A stretch of 59,587 bases of DNA, from positions 1 through 59,587 of IMG/VR virus record IMGVR_UViG_3300029309_000030; one strand, given 5' to 3'. Shown here in pieces: positions 48,141 to 55,865 of this stretch. The translations under genes and the position numbers were made by a program. Source of the DNA: a virus (Duplodnaviria > Caudoviricetes). A model generated the notes under the pieces. That model was not told the DNA's origin. It searched no databases and saw only the letters and a program-made list of their open reading frames with translations. Each line of letters begins with the position of its first letter. Within the stretch, counting starts at the first letter, position 1.

Positions 48141-49067
48141 TCAAGCAGTTTGGTCAACAGCGGTTTGTCGAGCGCCGCCTTGCTTTCCAAGTTGCCTCGC
48201 AAGTTCCATTAACCTTACTTGACTCATGGCCTGTGGGTCAACAGTTCTCCTAAGTCTTGTTTGTAGTGGGATTACTCTTTCATTCATAGGTGCTGAGCGA
48301 GGCCCCATACCTTGAGGTTGGTCTGGTCTCATGGTAAATCCGGTCATAGACTCTTGGGGTCTGAAAGGGTTGGGTTGATTATCAATTGATTGCCGTGTTC
48401 TAATTCCTCTTCGACCTCCACGACCTGCTGTTTCTAATTGTTCGTTGATTCCGCCAGACTTTGGTTCAGGCTTCAAGTCTACTTCTGCTGGTCTGTCAAA
48501 CTCAGTGCTCTGCTGTTGAGCAAACTGTTCGAGTATATCTGCTGTATTTTGAGCAACGGTAGGCTTGCCTGTTCTTTCTTGTTGAGTTTCTACAGGTTTA
48601 GTATCTCTTCTAAGCCTTGTTGGACTTGCTACACCGACATTTGTTCGGAGCATGCCTTCTTTCATTCGGTAAGGAGTAAAGCCTTGTTCGCCTCTAGCAC
48701 CGCTTTCCATCCTACGCCTTGCAGCACCTACTCCTCTACGAGCCATACCTCTTTCCGGTTGAGTCATAAAGGCTTCTTCCGGCATAGTTTCTGTGATTGG
48801 TATAGATTCATATGCGTCAAGGTTTCTACCGCTGCCCATTCTTGACATGGTAGTCTCACCTAATGGAGTAATGTCTTGCATGACTGTGGGGTAGCCCTGC
48901 CTTGTTGCACCAGAAAAGTCAACAAAAGGAGGTAGACCTTGTGCGCCTTCTCTTCTTTGCCTTTCTATCATGCTAATCAAGGTATCAGGTCGCAAAGACC
49001 CCATTCCACCTTGTGCCAAAGGGTCTGCCTTTAGTAATGCCCACGCCTGCTCAAAGGCTCTCATCAT
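48141..49067 (-). CDS. Hypothetical protein with leader MMRAFEQAWALLKAD
   Basis: Leader motif; own CTTTTATCTT box about 25 nt upstream; Arg/Gln-rich disordered body. Confidence 0.7.
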   Translation of the reverse strand: MMRAFEQAWALLKADPLAQGGMGSLRPDTLISMIERQRREGAQGLPPFVDFSGATRQGYPTVMQDITPLGETTMSRMGSGRNLDAYESIPITETMPEEAFMTQPERGMARRGVGAARRRMESGARGEQGFTPYRMKEGMLRTNVGVASPTRLRRDTKPVETQQERTGKPTVAQNTADILEQFAQQQSTEFDRPAEVDLKPEPKSGGINEQLETAGRGGRRGIRTRQSIDNQPNPFRPQESMTGFTMRPDQPQGMGPRSAPMNERVIPLQTRLRRTVDPQAMSQVRLMELARQLGKQGGARQTAVDQTA

Positions 49068-49084
49068 GTGTGGCGTAGGAACAC

Positions 49085-49912
49085 CTAAGATAAAAGAACA
49101 TTGGTTAAAGAACGAGCGATTCGAGCAGCATCAGCGAGGTCTTCTTCCTGTAAACCACAGTCAAAACCCCATGCGTTTAGATGGCGTACCAAGGTCTGAG
49201 TGCTTAGGTTAGCCCCACTACCCTCGGCAAACGGACAGCCGCCAAGTCCGTTAATACTACTGTCAAACTGCTTGATGCCATTGAACAAACCGCTTCTTAC
49301 CAAAGCAAGCGCTCGCTGCTCATCTCCTTTGTGATGTAAATGTAAGCCCGGCACTAGTCCTTCGTCAAGTGCCATCTCAGCCCAAAGTGCAACTTCTTGT
49401 TCACTTGCTACGCCGACAGTATCGGCAAACACTACAGTGTTGCCAAACATCTTAGCATCTCTCAGACAAGAAAACATGGTCTGTGGCTTGATAACTCCAC
49501 TGTAAGGGCTACCGAAAGCCATGCTGATGTAAACTCTGACATTTTCTTTGGGCACTTTGTCCATGAAAGTTTTGTACATCAAAACTATTTCTTGCCGTGT
49601 CTTACCCATATTGTTAATGTTAAAAGTCTCACAGGGGCTAAAAACTATGTTAATTTTTTCTACACCAGTTTTGACAGCCCGGTCATAGCCCCGCTTATTC
49701 ATTACCAACCCGGCACCAAAGCCAGTGAACACTTTTTCCGCATCAGCCATTTGAGGTAAACGCTTAGGATGTGCAAAACTAACTTCTTCGATGTTTTCTA
49801 TACCTGCTCTATAAAGTGCGTTAATGAGATTCTTTTTGTCGTCTGTGTCGATGATGTGCTCAAGGTATTGTAAACCGTCACGAGGACCGACCTCATAGAC
49901 GGTTACTTTCAT
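49085..49912 (-). CDS. hmgL: Hydroxymethylglutaryl-CoA lyase (DRE-TIM metallolyase)
   Basis: EVGPRDGLQ, ADTVG, HLH metal ligands, GLGGCPFA (catalytic Cys loop), GANLSTQ. Confidence 0.85.
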   Translation of the reverse strand: MKVTVYEVGPRDGLQYLEHIIDTDDKKNLINALYRAGIENIEEVSFAHPKRLPQMADAEKVFTGFGAGLVMNKRGYDRAVKTGVEKINIVFSPCETFNINNMGKTRQEIVLMYKTFMDKVPKENVRVYISMAFGSPYSGVIKPQTMFSCLRDAKMFGNTVVFADTVGVASEQEVALWAEMALDEGLVPGLHLHHKGDEQRALALVRSGLFNGIKQFDSSINGLGGCPFAEGSGANLSTQTLVRHLNAWGFDCGLQEEDLADAARIARSLTNVLLS

Positions 49913-50085
49913 TCAATCCCCTTCCTCATACCGTCAAAACAAGCCTGATGAAACTTTTCAACTTCTTCGTCACTACTAAAGACTTTGAAGTCAGTAGTTT
50001 TGTCATTAATTATCGCAAACCAAGCCCATGCGTAGCCTATAAGAAAGGCCACTAAAAAATATCCAAGTAGTGTAACAGCACCCAT
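49909..50085 (-). CDS. Small single-TM protein (58 aa)
   Basis: MGAVTLLGYFLVAFLIGYAWAWFAII...; ATGA-coupled to the HMG-CoA lyase gene; TTTTTAAA box upstream. Confidence 0.6.
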   Translation of the reverse strand: MGAVTLLGYFLVAFLIGYAWAWFAIINDKTTDFKVFSSDEEVEKFHQACFDGMRKGIE

Positions 50086-50116
50086 GTCGGAGCCTAAAGT
50101 GGTTTAAAAATTAAAC

Positions 50117-50656
50117 TTATTGGTCGAACTGTAGTGGTTGAGGTCCACTACCAGCCCTAACTTTTGCCAGCGCTTGTCCTAAAGGTGTCATACTCTGCCT
50201 TAACTGTTCAAGGTCAGGTCTGAAAGGTGCAGGGGTTAAACTACCTGCCATACCGATGTTAGCAGGCGGAGCGCTGCTCGGTACATCAGGTAGTTCTATT
50301 CCTTCTGCTTCAATATCTTCCGCTGCTCGCTGTCTTTGTAAATCAACCATTGGACCCACATTTTGGCTCGCTACATCAATATCCCTATCATAGTCGTCGG
50401 CAAAAAGGTTTGATTCTCGAATAGCATTTAAGAGGTTATCTGTGTGTTCATCTCGTGAATAAAAATCTTTTGAGTAGCCGGGAATAGAAAGATGTCGACC
50501 TAGTTCTTGAACAAGTAATTTTCGTCGGTCAGTCTCGTCGACTCTAGCATCAATCAAATCTTGCAGGTTTTTAATTTCGTCTTGTTCCATTTCTGGTCGA
50601 TAAATTTCGTGCCCACGCTGCTTAAGCAGTGTCCAAGCGTGGTCGAATGCTGTCAC
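50117..50656 (-). CDS. Hypothetical protein with leader MTAFDHAWTLLKQ
   Basis: Leader motif; GTGA coupling. Confidence 0.7.
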   Translation of the reverse strand: MTAFDHAWTLLKQRGHEIYRPEMEQDEIKNLQDLIDARVDETDRRKLLVQELGRHLSIPGYSKDFYSRDEHTDNLLNAIRESNLFADDYDRDIDVASQNVGPMVDLQRQRAAEDIEAEGIELPDVPSSAPPANIGMAGSLTPAPFRPDLEQLRQSMTPLGQALAKVRAGSGPQPLQFDQ

Positions 50657-51111
50657 TGTTGTTGGCCTCCACCTAGTGGACCAAACCTTTTAGGTCTACC
50701 TACATCATGGAATTGAAAATCAGTAAACCTTTCTGGGTCTCCTCCTCTTGAAACACTCATTCCGGGTGCAACGCCTAATTTTTTAGGACCAGCGGGTAAA
50801 CCGAGGACTTTAGGCTGGTCAACGCTTCTACCACGATAGGAAAAAAACGGTGTTTCGTGTATGTAAGGGTCAAATTTGTCACCGTAGTAAAGTCGATTAA
50901 TGTCTGCTGCGATAAGTTCTGTCGTCATTGCGTCTATAGCCGCCCGTTCTATTTCATCTCTCGTTGCTCTACCGTCTGGGCCGGGCTCATCTGGTGCATT
51001 TCTTGCCATATCCATATATGCTGCTGCGTGTGAACGACCTAAGCCTTCTCCACCTGATAAATCACTAAAGTCTGCTTTTAAAAATGCCCATGCTTGCTCG
51101 AATGCTGTCAT
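50653..51111 (-). CDS. Hypothetical protein with leader MTAFEQAWAFLKAD
   Basis: Leader motif; GGTGA RBS. Confidence 0.7.
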   Translation of the reverse strand: MTAFEQAWAFLKADFSDLSGGEGLGRSHAAAYMDMARNAPDEPGPDGRATRDEIERAAIDAMTTELIAADINRLYYGDKFDPYIHETPFFSYRGRSVDQPKVLGLPAGPKKLGVAPGMSVSRGGDPERFTDFQFHDVGRPKRFGPLGGGQQQ

Positions 51112-51117
51112 TGTTGT

Positions 51118-51765
51118 TCACCGTCTTGAAAAAGATGTTCCGAGTCCAGCCTGTTGTAAATTTCCACCAGTGGAATATGGGAACCTATTGGTTTCCATAA
51201 TAGAAGGTGCGTTTGCACCGAAAGTCAACGCTCTTTGTTGCTCAGGTGTAAGTTCTGGCTCTAGTGAAGGTGCGTAATCATCCATAAGATGTTCTCCGGC
51301 TTCTATCTGTTCGGGCGTGAATTGACTCATGAAAAGTTTATCCATCAATTCCTGTGTAGAGCCTGCTGGCGGCCTGTGAGTTCTTGGGACCCCACCGGCG
51401 TAAGTTTCTTGTCGATAATTTAGCGGCACTGGTGGATGAACGCCCGGATTCTCTGCAACAAATCGTGCTCTTCGGTCAGGATACATAAGTGGTCCTTGGT
51501 CAAACTGTTGAACTCTTGACATACCTTCTCTAGGTGCAAGAGGGAAACTACCTAACTGTTCTCTAAACATGGCAGCCGCTAAATCTGTATGGGGATGCAT
51601 AGCCCTGCGACCTGATTCTGTAACAGTATCAATACCTCCGAACCTATTTGGTTTACCAAGTTCCCTTGCCGACTCCTTTAATCGTCGACGCTCTATATCA
51701 AAAGTCGAGCCGGGGCCCGTAAATTGTTTGAGGACTGTCCATGCTTGCTCAAAAGCCCCGACCAT
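51118..51765 (-). CDS. Hypothetical protein with leader MVGAFEQAWTVLKQ
   Basis: Real start likely ATG 51765 (track start 51858); CTTTTATCTT box about 25 nt upstream. Confidence 0.7.
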   Translation of the reverse strand: MVGAFEQAWTVLKQFTGPGSTFDIERRRLKESARELGKPNRFGGIDTVTESGRRAMHPHTDLAAAMFREQLGSFPLAPREGMSRVQQFDQGPLMYPDRRARFVAENPGVHPPVPLNYRQETYAGGVPRTHRPPAGSTQELMDKLFMSQFTPEQIEAGEHLMDDYAPSLEPELTPEQQRALTFGANAPSIMETNRFPYSTGGNLQQAGLGTSFSRR

Positions 51766-51799
51766 GTAAGCCCTATGACCGTTGAAGATAAAAGCGTTA

Positions 51800-52339
51800 C
51801 TAGATATTATCGTAGACCGCATCGGTAGGCAGGCCGTGATAATCAGCGTAGTCTTCACTTAGTTCATGGCTCCAAGGTTGCTTGCTTTCTTTGTCGTAAG
51901 CATAAACAAAATGCTGGTCTCCATCTAAGTTGGTGCGTATGTGAGGGCGTTCATGAGCACCGTCGAGCACACCCTCGTCAACTAATTTGTTCCAATAACC
52001 AGCCGAATGCCTCTCAACATTGGTTACATGTGTGCCATCTAATTCGTGTTCAAAATGTGCGTGTCCTTGGTCAATCATGTCTTGAATATACTGACGAGAC
52101 TTGTTCTGTCCCCTAACTGGTTCAGCCATCTCAAAATTATTTATCAGCAAACTGTTTAGATAATAATCAGGTCTCATGGTGCCACGAGCCATGCCGTCTT
52201 CTGACTGCCACATGAACCCGCCCATCTGGTCAAGATAGGGCAACATCTTGTAGTGACGACTCTGCTGCATAGGTGGTGGATTGTCATCCGTATAGACAGG
52301 AGCCTTGAGCAAACGCCAAGCCTGCTCGAAAGGGCTCAT
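51800..52339 (-). CDS. Leader-bearing protein (MSPFEQAWRLLKA) with possible GNAT acetyltransferase fold
   Basis: LLINNFEMAEPVRGQNKSR and SAGYWNKL resemble GNAT motifs A and B; start ATG 52339. Confidence 0.5.
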   Translation of the reverse strand: MSPFEQAWRLLKAPVYTDDNPPPMQQSRHYKMLPYLDQMGGFMWQSEDGMARGTMRPDYYLNSLLINNFEMAEPVRGQNKSRQYIQDMIDQGHAHFEHELDGTHVTNVERHSAGYWNKLVDEGVLDGAHERPHIRTNLDGDQHFVYAYDKESKQPWSHELSEDYADYHGLPTDAVYDNI

Positions 52340-52750
52340 GTCTAAACCCATGAGCGAACAGGACAAAAAGCCATCGGTTTGTTTGGTATACCAAAATTTT
52401 TCTAAAAATTTTTTTTGGTCGAGCGCCGTGTGTGGTTAAAAGGAGTCTAAACCCACATCTAAACCCAAGCCTCCGCCTAAGCGTCTAAACCCAGCGCCGT
52501 CTAAACCCGGCGTGGGTTGCAGACTAGGCGAACAGGCTCGCAGTACATCGGTCTATAGAGAAAAGGGTTTAGGCTGAAACCTAAACCCTAACGCAGTCAC
52601 TCGTTCTATAGAACGCTGCCCGTCGCTGCTGTCGGGCTCGCAGTGTTGCATTCTATAGAACGCTTCACTCATGCGTATCTAACTAAGCGGAAATTCGAGC
52701 GGGCTCCATGATAGTCATTTACAGGGGGCTAAACGCTGTACTGCGAGCCA
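52340..52750. repeat. Repeat-rich non-coding strand-switch region
   Basis: CTAAACCC copies near 52340, 52445, 52458, 52483, 52499, 52580; inverted repeat 52564-52589; GGCTCGCAGT at 52535 and 52635 and its inverse at 52740; TCTATAGAACGCT twice; A/T tracts at about 52393-52416. Confidence 0.75.
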
Positions 52751-52764
52751 TTCGGCTGGTTCGG

Positions 52765-52796
52765 TATATAAAGAACTAATAAAGGTTAGGTAGTGA
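52765..52796 (+). promoter_or_regulatory. Conserved early promoter, copy 1
   Basis: TATATAAAGAACTAATAAAGG...GG...TGA. Confidence 0.7.
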
Positions 52797-52905
52797 GAAT
52801 CACCACATCAACCAACCAACGAACCAACCAACCCGACTTGGTCGGGTCGGGTCGGCTCAGTTTTGAGCCGGTTCGCTGGGATTGGTTCGCAGTGTGGTGG
52901 TTTTC
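52795..52905 (+). ncRNA. Putative 111-nt highly structured RNA
   Basis: Begins 30 nt after the TATA start; 14-bp terminal stem with G-U pairs, nested stems, two terminal hairpins; no credible ORF. Confidence 0.6.
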
Positions 52906-52925
52906 TGCTCGACCATCCGGTTGAG

Positions 52926-52957
52926 TATATAAAGAACCAATAAAGAATAGGTGCTGA
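52926..52957 (+). promoter_or_regulatory. Conserved early promoter, copy 2
   Basis: TATATAAAGAACCAATAAAGAATAGGTGCTGA. Confidence 0.7.
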
Positions 52958-53024
52958 CTAACCTCGGTTTGGTCGGAGAGCGCCTCCGAACCCGACCCAC
53001 TACCCAACCTCGCCACGCTCAGTC
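52956..53024 (+). ncRNA. Putative ~69-nt RNA
   Basis: Begins 30 nt after the TATA start; GACT/AGTC ends, TCGGAG/CTCCGA hairpin. Confidence 0.35.
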
Positions 53025-53255
53025 ATTATCATGCGTTCTTATTCACATAAGCAAACGCTTTACTGCTAAGCAATTCATATTATTATCATATTATTATTAC
53101 AATTATTACAAGTATTACACTATTACATTCTATAATATATATCTCTAGGGAGTTACTGTAATCATCATAACTATTCCAATTATGACTATTGAACACCTTG
53201 AAAACATCATAAACGGCTTACTGCGAGCCGACTCAATTGTAATATTCACATTCAC

Positions 53256-53287
53256 TATATAAAGAACCAATAAAGATAAGGAAGTGA
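53256..53287 (+). promoter_or_regulatory. Conserved early promoter, copy 3
   Basis: TATATAAAGAACCAATAAAGATAAGGAAGTGA. Confidence 0.75.
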
Positions 53288-53451
53288 TTGACTTGTATAG
53301 AATCAACCAACACGGAGTAGCAATAATGATATGTTGCGAAAACGACATGGAATTAGACTGCCAAATTGATTGGCGTGGTGTCTACGATTACTGGCGATGC
53401 CGAACCTGTTTCAAAAGGATTACAGACCGTGAAGAAGAATTCAATATATAA
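53284..53451 (+). CDS. Small Cys-rich protein (about 55 aa)
   Basis: ...ICCENDMELDCQIDWRGVYDYWRCRTCFKRITDREEEFNI; stop codon lies inside the next promoter's TATA box. Confidence 0.55.
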   Translation: MIDLYRINQHGVAIMICCENDMELDCQIDWRGVYDYWRCRTCFKRITDREEEFNI

Positions 53452-53476
53452 AGAACCAATAAAGATAAGGAAGTGA
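53445..53476 (+). promoter_or_regulatory. Conserved early promoter, copy 4
   Basis: TATATAAAGAACCAATAAAGATAAGGAAGTGA. Confidence 0.75.
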
Positions 53477-53796
53477 AAAATATGGATAATGTAAGAACAG
53501 TACCTGCACCTAACAGCGAGCGAGGCAAAGAATACATTGTAGAAATAAGAACATGGTTTGACAAAGTCAACGGTAACAGTTATTTCTCAGCAAGGATATA
53601 CGATTTGAGAATGAACTTACTCAAGGTAGTGCCGTTCCAATACGGATACGGTAGCCATCCGAGGGATGTCTGTGTGGCTCACATTCAAGCAATGAACAAA
53701 GTTCATCAGCACAAATTTGAGATATCAAGAAAGACATACTTCAATGAAATGAAGTCACTAAAGAGAGACTGCGTAGCATTTGGAGAGGAAGAATGA
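53473..53796 (+). CDS. Hypothetical early protein
   Basis: WFDKVNGNSYFSARI...PFQYGYG; directly behind promoter copy 4. Confidence 0.7.
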   Translation: MKNMDNVRTVPAPNSERGKEYIVEIRTWFDKVNGNSYFSARIYDLRMNLLKVVPFQYGYGSHPRDVCVAHIQAMNKVHQHKFEISRKTYFNEMKSLKRDCVAFGEEE

Positions 53797-53930
53797 TGAC
53801 ACACAAACAAATCTTGACTAATTCATGGCAGAACGAATCGGAGTATAGAGAATATTGGATTTGCCATCGCTGTGGAAATGCAGAATTTGTAAAAATATGG
53901 AATCAAAGAGGAACTATAAACACATTTTGA
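53793..53930 (+). CDS. Small hypothetical protein (45 aa, CxxC)
   Basis: MMTHKQILTNSWQNESEYREYWICHRCGNAEFVKIWNQRGTINTF; ATGA coupling, GGAGAGG RBS. Confidence 0.5.
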   Translation: MMTHKQILTNSWQNESEYREYWICHRCGNAEFVKIWNQRGTINTF

Positions 53931-53936
53931 ATTCAA

Positions 53937-53968
53937 TATATAAAGAACCAATAAAGAAAAGGAGATGA
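53937..53968 (+). promoter_or_regulatory. Conserved early promoter, copy 5
   Basis: TATATAAAGAACCAATAAAGAAAAGGAGATGA. Confidence 0.75.
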
Positions 53969-53974
53969 AAAAAT

Positions 53975-54412
53975 ATGGAACTGAAACACCTAAGAGCATT
54001 TAACATTGAATTGACAAACGACTTTCAAAATAACTGTCGCACTATAACGATTCTCGATAACCGACATCACCACCGAGTCGAACTGACGACATGGGATTGG
54101 GGTCTAAGTCTTAGAGGCATTGCAGACAGATGGTTCAAATATATGGATATTGAAATTGAATCCTTTACTTACCTAAAAGATGAACATTTGGTATATCTAA
54201 CCAAAGATTTCAGAACCCAAATTTATGACGAGAAGGCTTTACACATACCACAATGGATTGGAGGCACTCTCATTCAAATAGTTATTGACTTCCCAAGTGG
54301 AAAGGTTGAGATTCTTGCAGAAAGAGAGCCGTCAAAGATATACAGAACTGATTGTATCTATCAAGAAAATTACATAAAAGAAAAAACTGAGTTTGATGAA
54401 TGGCATTTATGA
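53975..54412 (+). CDS. Hypothetical early protein
   Basis: 145 aa behind promoter copy 5. Confidence 0.65.
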   Translation: MELKHLRAFNIELTNDFQNNCRTITILDNRHHHRVELTTWDWGLSLRGIADRWFKYMDIEIESFTYLKDEHLVYLTKDFRTQIYDEKALHIPQWIGGTLIQIVIDFPSGKVEILAEREPSKIYRTDCIYQENYIKEKTEFDEWHL

Positions 54413-54419
54413 AATTCAC

Positions 54420-54451
54420 TATATAAAGAACCAATAAAGAAAAGGAGATGA
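54420..54451 (+). promoter_or_regulatory. Conserved early promoter, copy 6
   Basis: TATATAAAGAACCAATAAAGAAAAGGAGATGA. Confidence 0.75.
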
Positions 54452-54457
54452 ACAAAC

Positions 54458-54691
54458 ATGACATTTGACCATGATATAGAACCAATTGACGGCTTTCACC
54501 CTAAGTATAAATCATTAGCATATTATGAAATCGAACCGCACTACGGAAGTTATATCTTAACTTCGCCTGCTAAAGAAGGTTCGATTTTAATGAGCGAGGA
54601 TGATGCAAGGTGGATGTTTGAAGATAGATTCGATGACAGATATGGCTACTTCGTAGATGATTACCTAGACCATTTTGAAACAGAAGAATGA
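54458..54691 (+). CDS. Hypothetical acidic early protein
   Basis: 77 aa behind promoter copy 6. Confidence 0.65.
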   Translation: MTFDHDIEPIDGFHPKYKSLAYYEIEPHYGSYILTSPAKEGSILMSEDDARWMFEDRFDDRYGYFVDDYLDHFETEE

Positions 54692-54698
54692 GATTCAA

Positions 54699-54730
54699 TA
54701 TATAAAGAACCAATAAAGAAAAGGAGATGA
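54699..54730 (+). promoter_or_regulatory. Conserved early promoter, copy 7
   Basis: TATATAAAGAACCAATAAAGAAAAGGAGATGA. Confidence 0.75.
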
Positions 54731-55053
54731 GAAAAATGAAAATACAAGAATTTGAATACAAGAATGACAGCAAAGCAGCAATAAAAAAACTAAGGCAATT
54801 ATGCAAAGAAAAAGAAACTAAAGAAGTCGGAGTCCGAATGAAAACAGATGTGTGGGATTCAGTCAATGTACACATACCGATTAAATACGCTTGTAACTAT
54901 ATCAACGCAGTAGTCAGTGATGTTAACGAGCATAGGAATTGGGAATGGGTACAGTCAGCAGATTTGAAAATAAACATTTCAACAAGTCGGTTTTTTGTAT
55001 ATGTCAATGCATCATGTGAAGTAACTCGCATGCCAAAGAATGAAGAGGAGTGA
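54727..55053 (+). CDS. Hypothetical early protein
   Basis: 108 aa behind promoter copy 7. Confidence 0.65.
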   Translation: MRKMKIQEFEYKNDSKAAIKKLRQLCKEKETKEVGVRMKTDVWDSVNVHIPIKYACNYINAVVSDVNEHRNWEWVQSADLKINISTSRFFVYVNASCEVTRMPKNEEE

Positions 55054-55058
55054 ATCAA

Positions 55059-55205
55059 ATGTTCGAAGATATCAAAGACGCTGTGCTAGACATGACACTA
55101 TCACACTTGAACACAGCACTACATTATCACATCATCGAATTGATGGAATCAATCAATCAGACTCTTGACGAGTTTCAAGAATTAGCGGAGACAATAGGTG
55201 AATAA
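55059..55205 (+). CDS. Small helical protein (48 aa)
   Basis: MFEDIKDAVLDMTLSHLNTALHYHIIELMESINQTLDEFQELAETIGE; GAGGAGTGA RBS. Confidence 0.55.
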   Translation: MFEDIKDAVLDMTLSHLNTALHYHIIELMESINQTLDEFQELAETIGE

Positions 55206-55207
55206 AT

Positions 55208-55576
55208 ATGACAGAACCATGTAAATGCGGAAGCACAGAACACGAAGCAGTCACAAGTAAAGGACTAGGAGGCATGACTACTATTACATCATGCCCTCTT
55301 GAAATAGCGAAGGTACATGAAGCGATAAAAAAACCCGTTAGAATGTATAGTCGTATCAGTTCTAGTGGTGTCAAGCATTACCACGATGAAGAAGGTTGGC
55401 AAGAAAGATATCAAGCAGATGTAGATAAAGCAGAAGCGAGATTCTTTGATGAGTCAAGTTACACAATACTACACCTTCATTATCAATTAGATATGAGCCA
55501 AAAAGGTTTCAGCAATATCACGCCACAGCACTTAGAAGCAGCCAAACTTAGAGATATAGAATTAGGAGAGGAATAA
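55208..55576 (+). CDS. Hypothetical early protein
   Basis: 122 aa; AGGTGA RBS. Confidence 0.65.
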   Translation: MTEPCKCGSTEHEAVTSKGLGGMTTITSCPLEIAKVHEAIKKPVRMYSRISSSGVKHYHDEEGWQERYQADVDKAEARFFDESSYTILHLHYQLDMSQKGFSNITPQHLEAAKLRDIELGEE

Positions 55577-55577
55577 A

Positions 55578-55826
55578 ATGACATGGAGAACACAATACTG
55601 TTACAGCAAAGAAGAAGGAATAACGCTAATGAATGGCAATCATATCATAGGTGGTAGATACCCTCCTCAAGCGAAAGGATTGACAGCGAAATACGGAGAA
55701 GTTACTCACTTTCCCACTGTTAGAGGATTACTCAAGTATTTGAGAACTCAATACCCTCAATGGGTTTGGAGGTCTAAATTAACACACTACTACGGCACTA
55801 TTGTCGAGATACAAACGAAAATGTAG
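55578..55826 (+). CDS. Hypothetical early protein
   Basis: 82 aa; GGAGAGG RBS. Confidence 0.6.
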   Translation: MTWRTQYCYSKEEGITLMNGNHIIGGRYPPQAKGLTAKYGEVTHFPTVRGLLKYLRTQYPQWVWRSKLTHYYGTIVEIQTKM

Positions 55827-55833
55827 ATTTGAA

Positions 55834-55865
55834 TATATAAAGAACCAATAAAGATAAGGAGATGA
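55834..55865 (+). promoter_or_regulatory. Conserved early promoter, copy 8
   Basis: TATATAAAGAACCAATAAAGATAAGGAGATGA. Confidence 0.75.

Noticed and set aside
600-52300. Numerous plus-strand ORFs of 60-145 aa in the late arm, and short minus-strand ORFs within 1-5569
   Set aside because: They are antisense or off-frame shadows of long minus-strand genes, without RBS or motifs; only 38914-39300 is retained.
52340-52590. CTAAACCC resembles the plant telomere repeat (CCCTAAA)
   Set aside because: Copies are dispersed, not tandem, and lie within a prokaryotic virus context; treated as iterons or coincidence.
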